Assembly (NCBI GenBank): GCA_002633005.1
Contig: NMRA01000807.1
Span: forward strand, 34,583-98,582
DNA length: 64,000 nucleotides
From: Phoronis australis
Lineage: Eukaryota > Animalia > Phoronida
Direction: 5' to 3'
The position numbers and the translations under genes were made by a program. Every line of letters starts with the position of its first letter. Position 1 is the first letter of the stretch. The notes under the pieces are model-generated. The model saw only the letters and a list, made by a program, of their open reading frames with translations. It did not search any database and was not told the origin of the DNA. Below are positions 38,095-51,290 of this stretch, in pieces.

Positions 38095-38400
38095 TAAAGC
38101 TCTATTTTGCCTTTAATCTCATAAAATCGGTCTCATAATAATACTTACCGTTATAGGACTCTATTTCAGTTACCAACATAAACATCAAAACCGTCAGCGA
38201 CTCAAGAAAACGCTTCAGAGTTTATTGAGGATGGCCAATTGCCGAATTCGAATATGGCACATGTACGCATTGTCTTTGGCTTGAGTTAGCAACGGAAATA
38301 GAATCATATTTCTGTATGAATTAATGAGACCGATTTCAATAGAATAAGTCTCTAGTTCGTTTCGTTTTCAGCCGGATAAGCTGGGGGAAATGTAGCTTTA
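38095..38400 (+). mobile_element. TTAA-flanked MITE (Kolobok-like ends)
   Basis: TTAAAGCTCTATTTTGCC ... GGAAATGTAGCTTTA imperfect TIRs; paralog at 23640-23905. Confidence 0.55.
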
Positions 38401-38479
38401 CTTTTTTGTTCGCATAATCACTCATAGTAACAACTTTGAATTGAAATGTTTGCATAGTTTCTTTATCATTGATTTCAAG

Positions 38480-38610
38480 GGACGTAAGCACCTTGACGTC
38501 ATGGGAGAAGTTTTACTTGGGCATCTCACAGTACGAGATTTACCGAGAAGATGACTCGGCTGTCGACGAACTCATTCAGGAAATGGCTACTCTTTCAATT
38601 ATTGACGCAG
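38480..38610 (+). CDS. FAM20C: FAM20C-like coding exon 2
   Basis: ttcaag|G acceptor; translates (R)DVSTLTSWEKFYLGISQYEIYREDDSAVDELIQEMATLSIIDA, matching FAM20C W.KFH.GI..YE.Y; donor G|gtttgt (phase 1). Missing from the ORF track. Confidence 0.92.
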
Positions 38611-38907
38611 GTTTGTTACAATGAAGCTACATGCTGTGCTGAAAATAGATTTATCGAGGCTCCAAACATGTAAACATATAAATGGACAACAGTTCATTGC
38701 TCACCCGAAGAGCGCAATCTTAAATTTCACTCTCACCTGGCGGAACTTTAGAGTATTGTTGAATAAAATGAATATGCCTATACTCCTAACAATGCTAATC
38801 CACAAACGTGGTTTTAACCACGTTTAAAAACAATGTTACAAAGATCGATACATTTAGAATTGTCACATGTAATTTTGCAATTTTAGATATGTTTGTCTAT
38901 TTCACAG

Positions 38908-39079
38908 TTCAAAAGAAAGGAGGGACCCAAATCAAGCTCATTATATCCTTCAGTAATGATGGTCAGGCGTTATTTAAGCCAAAGAGACATGGTCGTAAAT
39001 ATGTCACTAATCCGAACCATTTTTACTTCTCCGACTTTGAACGACACACATCGGAAATCGCATCATTTCATTTAGACAG
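38908..39079 (+). CDS. FAM20C: FAM20C-like coding exon 3 (GGTQ, ALFKP, SDFERH..EIA.FHLDR)
   Basis: ttcacag| acceptor; [27 protein letters not shown]...[21 protein letters not shown]; donor AG|gtaag. Confidence 0.97.
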
Positions 39080-40479
39080 GTAAGACGATTTTCTTATCGG
39101 CACTTTTACAGTTCGTACCAGTCTTCCCATAACCTCGTCAAAACGCATCATGATTCTCAATTAAATGCATGTGTAAACGTATGATGTCTAAATGAGCGTT
39201 TACGTGAATTGTTGACGTATCTTCCAATGAGTTGAGCGACGGTTGGCTTTAATAAAAAACACGATTATAGGCATTTATCAACAATGCAGGCCTTAGCGAA
39301 AACGGCGGAAACGCTATTCCATTACACTTGCACACATACACGTACATGTACTGATACTGATTAACGTGTTAATGTTGTCATATGCATATGTTATACATGG
39401 TGATAAGTGAGTGTAGTGACGATACTTCAGCTGCACGGAGTTTCACGGAAATTTAGTTAACAAAGACTAAAATAACTCAATATGTTTTGGCCAGGAACAA
39501 ATTTGATCAGAAAAGGGCGCGTTGTATTTTCACCTTTTGAAAACTTAGGTATGCATAGTAGTTGTAGTAGTAGTTCTTTATCTGTCTTATAGAAAGTCAT
39601 ATTCGATATTGAAATTCAAATTGGTTGATGAAAGCGTGAAGCGCAAATGTACTTACAAAGATGCATCGTGCTGTAAGATAATACTATTCCAATGAATGAT
39701 AGGAAATGTGACCCTCCACCATCTGTGAGATTAGATCCAGGAAACGGTCATGACGTCATTAGTTTGTATGCTTTAAAGACTTTAAGTGTTCGCCAGCTAT
39801 TGTCTCCAAACCGCAGGGTTATCAGTAAACTTGTGATTATATCCTTTGAGACCTTGGTAGTCTTTCAATCCAAGAACATTTAAAAGTTAAAGATGCATTT
39901 CCCCCTGTCATAGTAAGCGCTTTGGGGGTTTAAAACATAACCTCGCTCATCCGATATTTAATTGTTGTCAAATGAGTTACAAAATGTAACAACTGGAGTC
40001 ACAAGCAATGTGTACAGACGCCATTTTCGAATTTGCAATTTTAAGATTGGCTACCCCAATAAATTTTAAATTTCAAGGGTTTTCATGGATCACTATTGGC
40101 TACCATGTACTTATTGGTAACTGAATTAGAGTCCTATTCCAATTAAAAGAATGTTAGGAGAGCGATTTCATGAACTTAAGTGGTTTGATTCATTTTTCTT
40201 TTTTTTCACTAAACACTGAGGAAGTGCAGTTTCAATGGGAGTCAAAAGTAGGTATAAGAGAACGGCCGTTGAAGCTTACCGACTTAAGAATGAATTGAAA
40301 GAATCCATACAGTAAGCGGTTTGGCGAACACCACGCAAAATGTCATCTCAAATTGACGCTGGCGACTTATCCCACTTGGCTTCACTCGCCAAATGAGTGA
40401 GACTTCAAATGTTATGTAAATCATACCTTTAAATATTAACAAGATGGCTCTAGTAGGAAGGTAGCAATGTTTTTTTTAG

Positions 40480-41620
40480 TACTGAGCAAAGATCAGGAGG
40501 TCGAAATGGTCGTCGCGCCTATGAATTATTTACTTGACAACATGGACAATGGTAAAGTTACTGGTGCAATCTCTCGACCTGAAGAAAGCATTCAAGACTA
40601 CCACACGTAGATTACTGTTAAAACTTTCCATGTTTGGTGTTCGCGACGCCGAAGTCGACTCGTTATATTGTAAACGGGGCGACATCAGTACCACTTGATG
40701 TGACCTGTAGTGACCCCTAAGGGTCGATACTGGGCCCGTTGTTATTTTGTGTATATATAAATGGTTTACCCACGTCTGAGTGAAAACAATGTAGTATTAG
40801 TTTGTATGCAGACGACACAGCTCTCTTCTTTGCTGTCAAATCAATACTAGATGAAGCCAATGCCACTAGCAGAAGAAATGAATCGCGTTTATGCTTGGCT
40901 TGTAGAGAACAAACTGAGTCTTAATGTTGATAAAACCAAGATTATGGGTCATGACTGGTAGCAGACGGGGGCTGGCTGTGTTGTCTCCAAGCAACATTGC
41001 CGTTACTGTCAACGGCACCCAGCTGGAAAGCGCTGAGAAGTATAAATATCTGGGTGTTATGATTGATATCAATTTATCATGGGACGAACATGCTAAATAT
41101 GTGTACAAAAAAGTTTCTCAGTGGATTGGGCTTTTGTACAGAGCCAGGAGCTATGTTGATCAGGCTACTCTTTAGACTGCATGCACAGGAGTCTAATTGT
41201 CCTACACTTTGATTATTGCGATGCTGTGTGGGGTAACTATGCATCACACTTCCAGGATAGACTTCAAAAATTACAAAACAAGGCTGGGAGGCTCATACTC
41301 AATTGTAGTGGCTGACTTACCTTTTTATGACCTCCTCGATACACTTAGTTGGTGCAGCCTGGTTAACAGGCGTGCCGTTCATGTAAAATTTAGGGTGGCG
41401 GTACAAAGCCACACATTGCCTTAGACCTAATTACCTCTCTACTACAGTCACACAGATTCTCACAATTACAATACTAGAGCGAATGTTTCTAGCTGCCTGG
41501 TGCCAGATAAACCTAAAAGCAACTGCGGCAAAAGAACTATTGCCTACGGAGGTGCAGTTGCTTACAACGAGCTGCTTTCGTGAACGCGCCCAGTGTTCAC
41601 GTCTTCAAACAGAAATACTG
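40480..41620 (+). mobile_element. L2/CR1-group LINE RT, decayed
   Basis: DLKKAF, GSILGPLLF..YIN, LYADDT, NKLSLNVDKTK, KYLGVMID.NLSW, FDYCD.VWGN and LQKLQNKAGR, across frameshifts. Confidence 0.9.
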
Positions 41621-41859
41621 ATACTTTGTGGGCGGTTTAGGACTATAGACATCAGCTCATCATTATTTTACTCTATTCTATTTTATTTATTCAAAATCCC
41701 TCGGCAAGCCTCGGGATTTTGACGAACTATTTCCATGAGGTTTTGCCCATGTCATAAATCTGAGACGAGTGTAGGATTTGTTTTCTTACTTTCTTACACG
41801 AACCGTTAAAACGATCTTTTTTTGCCAAAAAAACTCGACGTGTCTAAAACTTTCTATCA

Positions 41860-42460
41860 CAAGACGCCACCTTTGTAAAAACATGCTTGCGCAATGTAAA
41901 GTAATTCGGTTACTTTTTGTTAATAGTTTTATTATAAGCTTGACAATTGTAAATTGCATTCAACTTTCGTAGCAAATATTCAAGTTAGAATCTAGTAAAT
42001 AGTCTTTGAAGTTGTAATATTAAAACTTTAAAAATGTTGACAAATAACAGTCGGCAAGGTTTCCCCGCGCGTGAGCACTGAATTCACAATGAGACAGCAC
42101 AGTTAGACGGTGTCGCTCGCCTCCGTTTGCATGAACTTGAATATGGAATCCGCCGCCGAAGATGGGTCCGTTAAAGAAGTTGTTTGCATGTCCTTCCGAT
42201 TGGGAGTACGTACTGTTGCGACACCCGATTTGTCAATCATAACCTTGTCACCATTGTTTAACCATAAACCATAACTTTGTCGACATTGTTTGATTGGCGC
42301 GCGTTTGGTTGTATAAGTGTTTTGCAAACGATAAAATGTAAGGCGTATGGATTTCCACTTTGCCCTACTTTGTGATTCGCCCATGTAATATCAAAACAGT
42401 TACGTACTTGGTGTTATTAATCTGTCGTGTCGTAACACATTCCAGGTCATGTGAGAAAAC
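41860..42460 (-). repeat. Dispersed repeat, inverted paralog of 3128-3680
   Basis: Shared ...YFVIRPCNIK... pseudo-ORFs and DNA similarity. Confidence 0.7.
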
Positions 42461-42899
42461 GCAATTTAGTTCTTACAACTCAATTCTTTTGTCGCGCCGT
42501 ACCTCAGCAACAGTATTCATACTCATAAACTCTTCAACTTTCTGAAATAACGCACAATACCGAACGCGCATTACTTTCAGATCTCTCCTGTTCGTGCAAC
42601 TTTATATGACAAAGAATAATTTACAAATTATTTTAGCGCATCATGCCTCAGCCTATTAGATGGTACTTATGTCGTGCTCGTGGTTACGCTGAATGTTCCT
42701 GGCAGTTCACGGATAAGGCGCTCTCTAATGGTGAGGAACGTCAAAATTACGATTGTTCGGGATAATGTGGCCCCAGAGAAAGGAACTGAGTTCTCAAGAA
42801 TAACGTCTCGGTTGATTATAAACGAGTTACATCTCGTAAAGAAATAATTATTTTCGTTTTTGGCCATAACATGAGGATAAATTTGACGATAGTTCTGTT

Positions 42900-43190
42900 A
42901 ATAGTCATGTGATAGATACCGGTCACGAGATTTTGACAACGTTAGAGTTTTAGATCACGATGCTTGTATATTCCGTTTGTTTATGAAAGAAAGTTTTAAA
43001 ATTTTAGAACACAAACCCCATCTAAATAGTTTCGTTATCGTATGATATCCAGCTATCCACACAGTCTCTGTAATTTTCCTGCCATATGTTTTGCTTGTTG
43101 TGTGTATTCATTTTCTTGATAATACAGTTCAGTGGAAGTTGCAAAACATCGAGTACTTGTAATGAAGCTGTGATTTTATAAAGCTTTGAT
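42900..43190 (+). mobile_element. Penelope-like 3' remnant (end of GIY-YIG) with decayed hammerhead-like tail
   Basis: FDNVRVLDHD...RLFMKESFKILEHKPHLN; downstream ttcTTGATAAt...gttgcAAAACatcgag resembles CTGATGA..GAAACGTC. Confidence 0.5.
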
Positions 43191-43219
43191 CGTCAATTTT
43201 ATCCTCACCACCCATAGAC

Positions 43220-43294
43220 CATGGGCGACGCAGCGCTGAAAAAATGGGGGCCATAGCCCCCCTCCCCCAAGCCCCCTATGGTGCGCCGCCCATG
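43220..43294. mobile_element. ~75-bp mini-MITE
   Basis: TIRs CATGGGCGACGCA / TGCGCCGCCCATG. Confidence 0.8.
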
Positions 43295-44747
43295 ATCAAT
43301 GAGGAAAGGACTCTGTTCATGAGAATGGCTGTGCGGCTCGTGAACCAGGGAGATTGTTTACCTGTCAGAGAAAATGGGCTTGAAGGAAACACCGTCCCGT
43401 ATGCACCTTTTATGGGAGTACCCCTCTATGGGTGGAGGAAAAGGGTAAAAAATAATGAATAGAAAAAACAAACCTAATTCGTTAATATCAATCCTGTTTG
43501 GAAAATCAATCCTAATTAAAAAATCAGACCTGTTTGGAAAATCAAACCTGTAGGTGAAAACGGGAACTAGGTAAGTGCGCAGAAAGGCAAAATTACGAAT
43601 TAGGTTTTGGATTTTCTATTAACTATTTTTTCCCTTTCCGCGGCCCATACCTATCGATTTGTATTTCAACTAAATGTAGTAACACTGAAAAGCATATCTT
43701 CGTTTTAGTCACAATTTTAAGTGCAGTTTACACTGGGAGCCCTCTACTTCTACAGGTGCCTGATGCTGTGACGCCATGGCTTTCTCTTAACCATTCGTGA
43801 AGAAGTTATGAATGAATTGTGAACTTAATGAATTTTATTAAAGTGTTTATCAATAGAATAAACAAAAAAACTGTGTTCATAGGTTTACCAAGACATTTTT
43901 ATTAAAATATGACTAAGGCGTCATTGAGAGATAAATTAACAGTAATTAATGATGACAGTGACACAGGTGTTAATGGTTTCAGTTGAAACCAAATACGTGT
44001 TAACAGACGACATAATCAAGTTAAACATCATCCTGGTCGAAGATTATGCCTTCATCTGTGGCATCAGTGCTGCTAAAACATGACTAATTTAGTAGCCGCG
44101 TGTTTCGTCGTGACATTTTCTGATTAATAGAACAAAACCAGTTATTAATGATACATAATTTCGTGCACTTAAACTAAGTTTTCATTAATTGACCCGAAGA
44201 TCAGACGTGCCTGCCAATTTCCGGTCATAAAATACTGACGTCAACTAGCGGTGTAATGGCTGACGTCTTGCATCATACGCTTATGACATGATAGTTCAAA
44301 TACCAAATTTAGGTAAAAATTAGTACAAAGGCTAGTGAATGTCACGTGTGAATGCAAAACAAATTACCTGAAACACAGATGCCGTGTGCTACCTGCCCAA
44401 TGGTGCCCCACAAAAATTTAAACTAAAAATTCATATTAAATTCGGTAAAGTTTGAAAATGTTTATTGAGTTGTGATGAATGAGCATTATTTACGTTTCCA
44501 CTGAACTAACATACGTTAAATACCGTTTTATGAAGTGGTGTTATTCTGGTAAGTTTGTTTTTTGCAGGAGTATGTAGCCTTTTTGTAAAAACTGTTTGTC
44601 CTCACACACCAATTAACATTTGATGTGTTTTTCAATAATGGTTTATAAATGCAGCATCAACGTAGTCCATTTGCAATCACAGTTCATAGTAACGCCAGTT
44701 TCAGACTTTTTACGCGCAAAGCTACACAATTCTCTTCTACATTCCAG

Positions 44748-44860
44748 AATTCTGGGCAACCGTTGGGTCCCACCTGTAGCAGGTCGTATTGTTAATGCCA
44801 GTAGAGAAATTCGGCGAGTCTGTGATTCAAAGCTGCTGAAAACATTCTTCATATCGCCAG
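44748..44860 (+). CDS. FAM20C: FAM20C-like coding exon 4
   Basis: ttccag| acceptor; ILGNRWVPPVAGRIVNASREIRRVCDSKLLKTFFISP; donor CAG|gtaagc. Confidence 0.96.
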
Positions 44861-45461
44861 GTAAGCAAATTTTGAGAGCATGTGACGTAGCAAAAACTAG
44901 GTTGAATACAAAAGAAACTAATCAAAGGTGTAATCAGTATTAAGGCAACGAATAACATTAACTTTATACTGGGTGACCCAAAAACATTATTTCTATAGAC
45001 ACCGTTACTTAACTTTACATTATGAGAAATAAGTGTATAACATTTCTAGGAACATATTACATATCTTTTTGTCCATCCATCATTTTTGGGTCGTAACACC
45101 TGTGCATCAGTATAGTGACAGTATTTCTAGTTTCTGCATTATCAGCTTCTCAGTCCTATTTAAAATAAGCAGTGTGTGAATGTTTATGGACTTCTTTCAC
45201 ATATTTTTCACATTTTTAGGTTTTATGTAGCGGTGCCACACATTCCTTATTTCAAAGTTCGCAGTAATCTTTTTTAACTTGATCTGAAAAATGTTTTAAC
45301 TCCAAGGGAGATATTAGTTGAACAATACCTGACGACAGAATCAATTAATTTTGATTGAAATCTCGGAGACACACATTAATATTCTTTAGATATTTTTGAT
45401 GTTTAACAAAGACATGTTGAAATTGAACGAAAGTAGTAAGGCTGTCAACTGATTGTTTTAG

Positions 45462-45770
45462 CCGGCAACTTGTGCTTTTACGGAAAATGCACCTACTACT
45501 GTGATACGGCGCACGCCGTTTGTGCCAAACGAGATATGTTAGAGGGTTCGCTGATGGCTTTCCTTCCTCCCGATGGTCTCGTGCCAAGATCCGAGTGGGA
45601 AAATCCCTGGAGGCGATCATACAGCAAGTGGAAAAAGGCAGATTGGGAATTGGATCCCCATTATTGCACAAAGTTCGTTCTCACAGACGACATGTATAGC
45701 TTGCAATCCAAGACAAAGCGGAAGAGAATATTAGACGTCATGGATATGACAATATTCGACTTTCTAACAG
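45462..45770 (+). CDS. FAM20C: FAM20C-like coding exon 5
   Basis: ttttag| acceptor; [21 protein letters not shown]...EGSLMAFLP...NPWRRSY...[15 protein letters not shown]; donor CAG|gtatgt. Confidence 0.97.
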
Positions 45771-46049
45771 GTATGTGAACAAAGTTGCACACGGGGCAAT
45801 GGATACTATGCCAAGGTTTTTAAAGTCAATTTGACATGGTCATAAAATAACTCATCCAAACAAGTGCCTCTTATTTACAGTTCAAGGCTTAATTTCTTTA
45901 AAATTCAGCTACTTCCATAGATGGAAACAATTCCATGTCTGCACCTCTAACTTCCAGTTACGATCCCTAAAAACTCCAGTTGATGACCAACAGACGCAAA
46001 CCTGCGGTAAAAATTCTTACTTCTAATTGGCTCCACACTCGCATCGAAA

Positions 46050-46575
46050 ATCCTACGTACGATACACGTAGATATATAAACAAGTAAACCAGAAACCAAC
46101 GAATTTGTTTATCAAAACGGAATGATATAAGCAATTTCCGCAGTCATGCTCGCAGATTTTTGACGGGTAAGCGGGGGAAGATGGGAGATAGGGCATTCGT
46201 ATTAAGGTGTATTTTTGATCATTTCATACGTACCTAAAACGGTTCACGAAGTTAACATGCATTCCACTGACAAAAAACGCTAAAATCTTTGTTTATGATT
46301 GCGAGAGTTCTTTGAGTACCCCCTTTCGACATGTACATGGTCATCACAAATAGTAGCCTAGACAGCAGGGTTTTCCACATGTGGGAACTCCTTACAAACA
46401 ACTCATAGTAACCATTTTCAAAAGAGATACCATTCTTGTGATACTATGGGAAACAATAACATTATTTCATAACCAACCATCGGAAATAGTCCTTTTGTGT
46501 AATTCACATATAGTGGTCTTCACATTCTTCATAAAAATCCCACTCTTTCGATGACGGTCAGTTCTATTGTATTTT
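46050..46575 (+). repeat. Dispersed repeat (empty-site copy)
   Basis: Colinear with 53590-54375 apart from an insertion there. Confidence 0.85.
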
Positions 46576-48611
46576 CACAACGCACTAGTGTGATTGAGTG
46601 CACTGTACGCGTGTATGCTTGCACGCGTTCTCATCTGGCGTTCTATAGGAATTTGTCTTGAGCTTGAAAATTTATAATCCTTAAATTTTGGCCGCGCAGT
46701 TTCATTTGTTCTAATACAAGGTACATATATCTAATTTATTTTTGTAACTGGACTGGTCAACATTTCAAGCATTACACGTTTGATCTGTTCATGAAATTCG
46801 GAGCACTGAATGTTTTTAGTGGCACTGCGCCTACACAATCTCGTTCAGTTCACGTCTAGTTGTGCTGCGAAAATCGGGTTCCATGTTTTCTCTGATTTTA
46901 AATTTTGGGCTGGCATCAAAATGGATCTTAAGGTCTAACTGACGCAAATGAGCGCTGTTTCTGTCTTTATTAGGTTAACTCTGTTTGTCAAACTCGGTTA
47001 TCAGTCAGGATATATTTCTCAATTAAATCTTTGTCAATCATTTGCTTTTCGTATGGTTGGACACAGAGACATTCGTTAAAGATATGACAGTCGTCTCTGA
47101 CACACCTAGAGACACCTGGAGGCTTGGATAGCAACACTTGGTGAACTTTCACACCACTCTGGTTAGAAATACTTAACGCGACGGATTCTCCGTCAGTGAA
47201 GATAGTCAACTTATTTTCGAAATTCAGCTTCATTGCTTTTTTGATGTCGACGCCACGGGAAACGCGTCTAGCCAAAAATACTTCAAAAATTAGCCCTTTA
47301 ATGAATATTATTTGAAAATAGTCTGCGAATAACAAAAGATCAAAGACACTAGCGAAGCTTACTGTCGTTGTGAAAGCTAACAATTTGCCGCGATATTAAC
47401 CTTCAGACGTGTTCAGTAGGCCTATTGTTTTTTCAAAGATCCATTAAAAGGTGCAGTGTAAATGGGTTGAACAATACTTAATTGAATAAAACATGGTTTA
47501 TATGTACGCGTATTAGTGAACTTCAAGTTCTGCAAAAATACTATTTTAATTTGTAATAGCTAGGCGTAAGGCGTACGCCCTCTGCCAATAAAGCTGCCTG
47601 GGGTTGATAACGTTCAGTTCCTGCTACTGTAAATCACTCGTGACGTCTCAAAATTCACCGCACAGCCAACTTCTCCATGTATCCGAAAAATCTCAGAGAG
47701 AAGAGCATCAGATTGTGCAGTAGAAGGCAGCAGCGCGTGGCGAGAAGGCACAGTATCTTTCCCTCTCTATTCTACTCGTAGAAAACGAAGCTAGTGGCAT
47801 TGTTTGATTGGAATCGTGTTTCATACCCCAACGAATATATGATCGTGAATGTATTAAGCATGATGTGTGTAAACAGGTATAAAATTGCAAATTTCAGAGC
47901 GCATACCATTTAATTGACCAAGCTTCACTCATTTTCCACTGTCACCTCCAGGTATTAGCAAAAAGTCCTCTCTCACATCGAATTAAGGTTGCGATTATTT
48001 GTTGTTTGGAAACCCCAGCCCAATGCTCTTTGTCATTAAGTAGCTACACTGAAAGAAATTTCCCCCCAGAGGTCAATTATTGTGGAAGTGGGCCCCTTGA
48101 ACCCTCATACCGCAATTTAGAAGTGACGTGGTGCATATTTTGGTAAGAACCTGTGGTACAGTATGTTTGTGTTCGGTAAGACAGGTCAAGGCCGTTTGTA
48201 AATGTTGACCAAATAGCGTTACATGCTGCTTGGATAACAACTCATCCTAATTTCGAAAAAAAGGCGGATCGCATACCGTAAAAGCTGTATTCAGTAGAGC
48301 CTACAGTATATGTACGCGCGACCTGCAGGGATGGGAAACCTTTTTACCCGAATGGGGTGAATATGGATATAAATACTTTTGTTTTAAAGTGACGTTATCG
48401 GCGAGAAAGGTGTTTTCTTAGATGTGCACTAACTCGTAACCTCAACGGTCGCAGTTGAATGCTTTGCTGGCGGAGCGAAATCCCACTCAATAAATGGCAA
48501 GAATAGTATGATCAGTTTTTATTTCAGCGAATGGCTGGCAGACAAGGGCGAGATTTAAAAAATCACACAAATATAATATATTTTGTTGTTTTACAGTGCT
48601 TGTGAATGCTA

Positions 48612-49510
48612 ACGGGGTTTTCCGTAGATAAGCCCATCCGATGAAACGCCCATGTGCGTTTATTCGAAAAATTATTTGGTGTTGCAACTTCTGGTATCAA
48701 GCGTCCAGATAGTTCATTTAGCATCAACTTTAAGTAAAAAATTCAGTTTTGTGGAGCATTTATCATTTATAAAAACGGACAAAGTGTTGCCGAACTCCGC
48801 ATTTAATTACATAAAGTTTAAAAACAGTGTTAAGTACAATATTGGTCAGGAAACCTCTTAATCGACGTGTATACAGTCCATGTTAATGTTTTCATCCAGC
48901 CTCCCCCGCCCCTCCGGCTTTCCACCTCCGAGTCGCTGAAGGGATACCGCGACTTCCCATTCATCTCTTGGATACCTGCCTTGTACCTCATGTGTTCGCG
49001 AATCACAGGTGGGAGTATTCAAGCCGAAGTTCATAGGTTTTCTGCTGAGCGACCTTGGGTGCAATCATCTTTGCCATAAGGAGGTGTGGAAGTGTCATGC
49101 ACGTTAATTTTTTGTCCCGCTGGGAGGATATTGAGAGGCTGTCACACAATTAACGTTGTTAACATGTATCAACGTATTCACAACAGTCCTTTTAAGGACT
49201 ACCAATCCACCCAGAAGGGTTGTTTCACTTTGTTTGTGTTTCTGTTTCTGTGGTGACGTCAGAGGGTAGGCACCAGGATAGTCTCTGGCCCTCCTCCTTC
49301 CAGTACCGCACGCAATGTAAATTTGGAGATGCAACCAATCTCGTGCTGGTTCGCACTTCATGCTGCTATTTACGTAGCCAAAATTACGACTTTCCGTTTG
49401 CACACCCCCTTTTCCGAATAAACGCCCGGGCGTTTTTGGTGTTACTAAAATGCCTGAAAATTTTCATTTTCCGAATACACGCCCAGGGGCTTATCTACGG
49501 AAAACCCTGG
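48612..49510. mobile_element. Tc1/pogo-like MITE
   Basis: TIRs GGGTTTTCCGTAGATAAGCCC / GGGCTTATCTACGGAAAACCC, plus subterminal GCGTTTATTCG repeats. Confidence 0.7.
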
Positions 49511-49605
49511 TGATAACTTCAAAATGTCTGTACCATCCAACAGTGCTCCCAAACTGCGTTCTCTGTAGAAAACTGATCAGGTTCCTTTAATGATGTGTAT
49601 TTCAG

Positions 49606-49687
49606 GTAATATGGACAGACATCACTACAACACTTTAGAAATATTTGACAACGACACTACCCCTTTCCTGTGGGACAACGGGCGGGG
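49606..49687 (+). CDS. FAM20C: FAM20C-like coding exon 6 (catalytic Asp and DNG motif)
   Basis: tttcag| acceptor; [28 protein letters not shown]; donor GG|gtaagt. Missing from the ORF track. Confidence 0.96.
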
Positions 49688-49989
49688 GTAAGTTCCATTT
49701 TTGCATGTAGAAGAAATGTCGCCCAACTTCAGAAGAAATTCCGCTGAAGAGGCAGACAGTGCGGCCTTCCAGTACTGTGTAAAACATACCGTCATATTTG
49801 AGATTCTTGTAAATTGCACCTGAACTCCTCATTGAACATACCATTTCGTACCAATCAAAACTACTGGCAAATTGTTCTGTACAAAAGTTGACACAAGCTT
49901 GAATGGACCGTCACTGGTCAATTTCGGCGGGGGCCTTAATTCTCAAACTGAGGTACGATTGTCTGTCATCAACAATGTCTAGTTCGCAA

Positions 49990-50320
49990 TCATAAATAAA
50001 CAAGTATAGCCGTCAGGGACTAGAATTAGGGACACCCAGATCGACGACTCGCACTCCAAGATTGGATTTATGAAAGTGAAACAAAGAAATAAATAGATCT
50101 CTGCTGGTTGCATGTACAAATGTGTCAATGGCTTGTCTCCAACATATCTCAGCCGCATGTTCGGTAGTAGTCAATGTTTCATTTAAAAAATTAAAAATCG
50201 AGACCGGCAGGAGATCTTTTATTTATGCTGCTGTTTCAGTAAGGAACTCTCTTAGCCCAAATTAAACGGTCCGATTCAATTAGTGCTTCCAAATTTAATA
50301 TTAAAAAGTGGCTGTAATTT
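49990..50320 (+). mobile_element. L2-like LINE 3' fragment
   Basis: MYKCVNGLSPTYLSRMF...TGRRSFIYAAVSV.NSL. Confidence 0.6.
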
Positions 50321-50882
50321 ATATACCCATTCTTATACCTGTACCTGCCTGTCATTGTCACTTGGATCACTAAAAGTGGGGGTCGTTAAGGTCGCCAAAT
50401 TCCCTTGTATTTGCTAGGAACTGTGATTGTTTATCGCTGATTATTCCAAGTTACAGGTCTATATTTTAATTCAAGGGTTCTCCGGCGCAGGTCTTCCTTC
50501 CTCATTGCTTTGCCGTGAATGCAAGTCTTTTCTCACAACCTAGTTTACCTTATTTATGCACAGTTCCGAAGTCCAGTTGCGGTCTTCAATTTCCGCTTTA
50601 GTTGCATAGCCTCACAAATGGCAATGTCACGTTGTCCTGTTTGTGTTAAAAAATAGTTGCATGCGGTCTGGTACACGTTGCACCAGATGTGTGGAAGCCG
50701 CTCGGCTGGACCCATTGCACTGATCACCTGGAACCATTTTATGCGTTATTTACAAATAGATAAAACGGATCTGAGACCTGACTCAAGGGTCTAACAGTGT
50801 GCGAGAGTGGGAGCTTTATTTCTATATGGATACAACCTAGTAGAAGAGCAAGAGACCTGACTCAATGATCTATCAGTATGCC

Positions 50883-50951
50883 ACAATGGGACTTGAACTC
50901 ACGACCTTGAGTGAAGGAAGCAGACACCTATCACACTAGGCCACACTGTCA
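50883..50951 (-). mobile_element. tRNA-derived SINE head
   Basis: Minus strand shows A box TGGCCTAGTG and B box GAGTTCAAGTCC; no intact cloverleaf. Confidence 0.55.
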
Positions 50952-51290
50952 TTGACGATACAATGCCTTGAGTCGATTGTTAGACTCTGACGTTTTTCTA
51001 CCATTTTTTTTTGAGATTTGTTATCTTAAAGCAAAAAGAAGTGGTGCTAAACATTCACGTTTAGTGGTATGATTACTTAAATTTAGTATTTGTATTTTTT
51101 ATTTTGCTATGCTTTTACCAAGTTTTCTCATGCCGATGTATGCTTTAAAGGGGTTCATAATATTCTCAAAACATTATGGACTAAATGGAAAGGGGGTTAT
51201 TCAAGTTCTGATTCCATGTGTAGCGAGTTTCACCATAGACTTCAAGACACTGTGTAACAGCTTATATTTTTGATAATCGTATTTTTCCAG

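Noticed and set aside
38908-39079. Assignment as FAM20A pseudokinase or FAM20B xylose kinase
   Set aside because: The Mn-binding Glu (SDFERH) is present, and the FYFSD, CFYGxCxYYC and NPWRRSY motifs follow FAM20C.
50883-50951. tRNA gene
   Set aside because: Only degenerate A and B boxes; no acceptor or anticodon stems, so treated as a SINE head.
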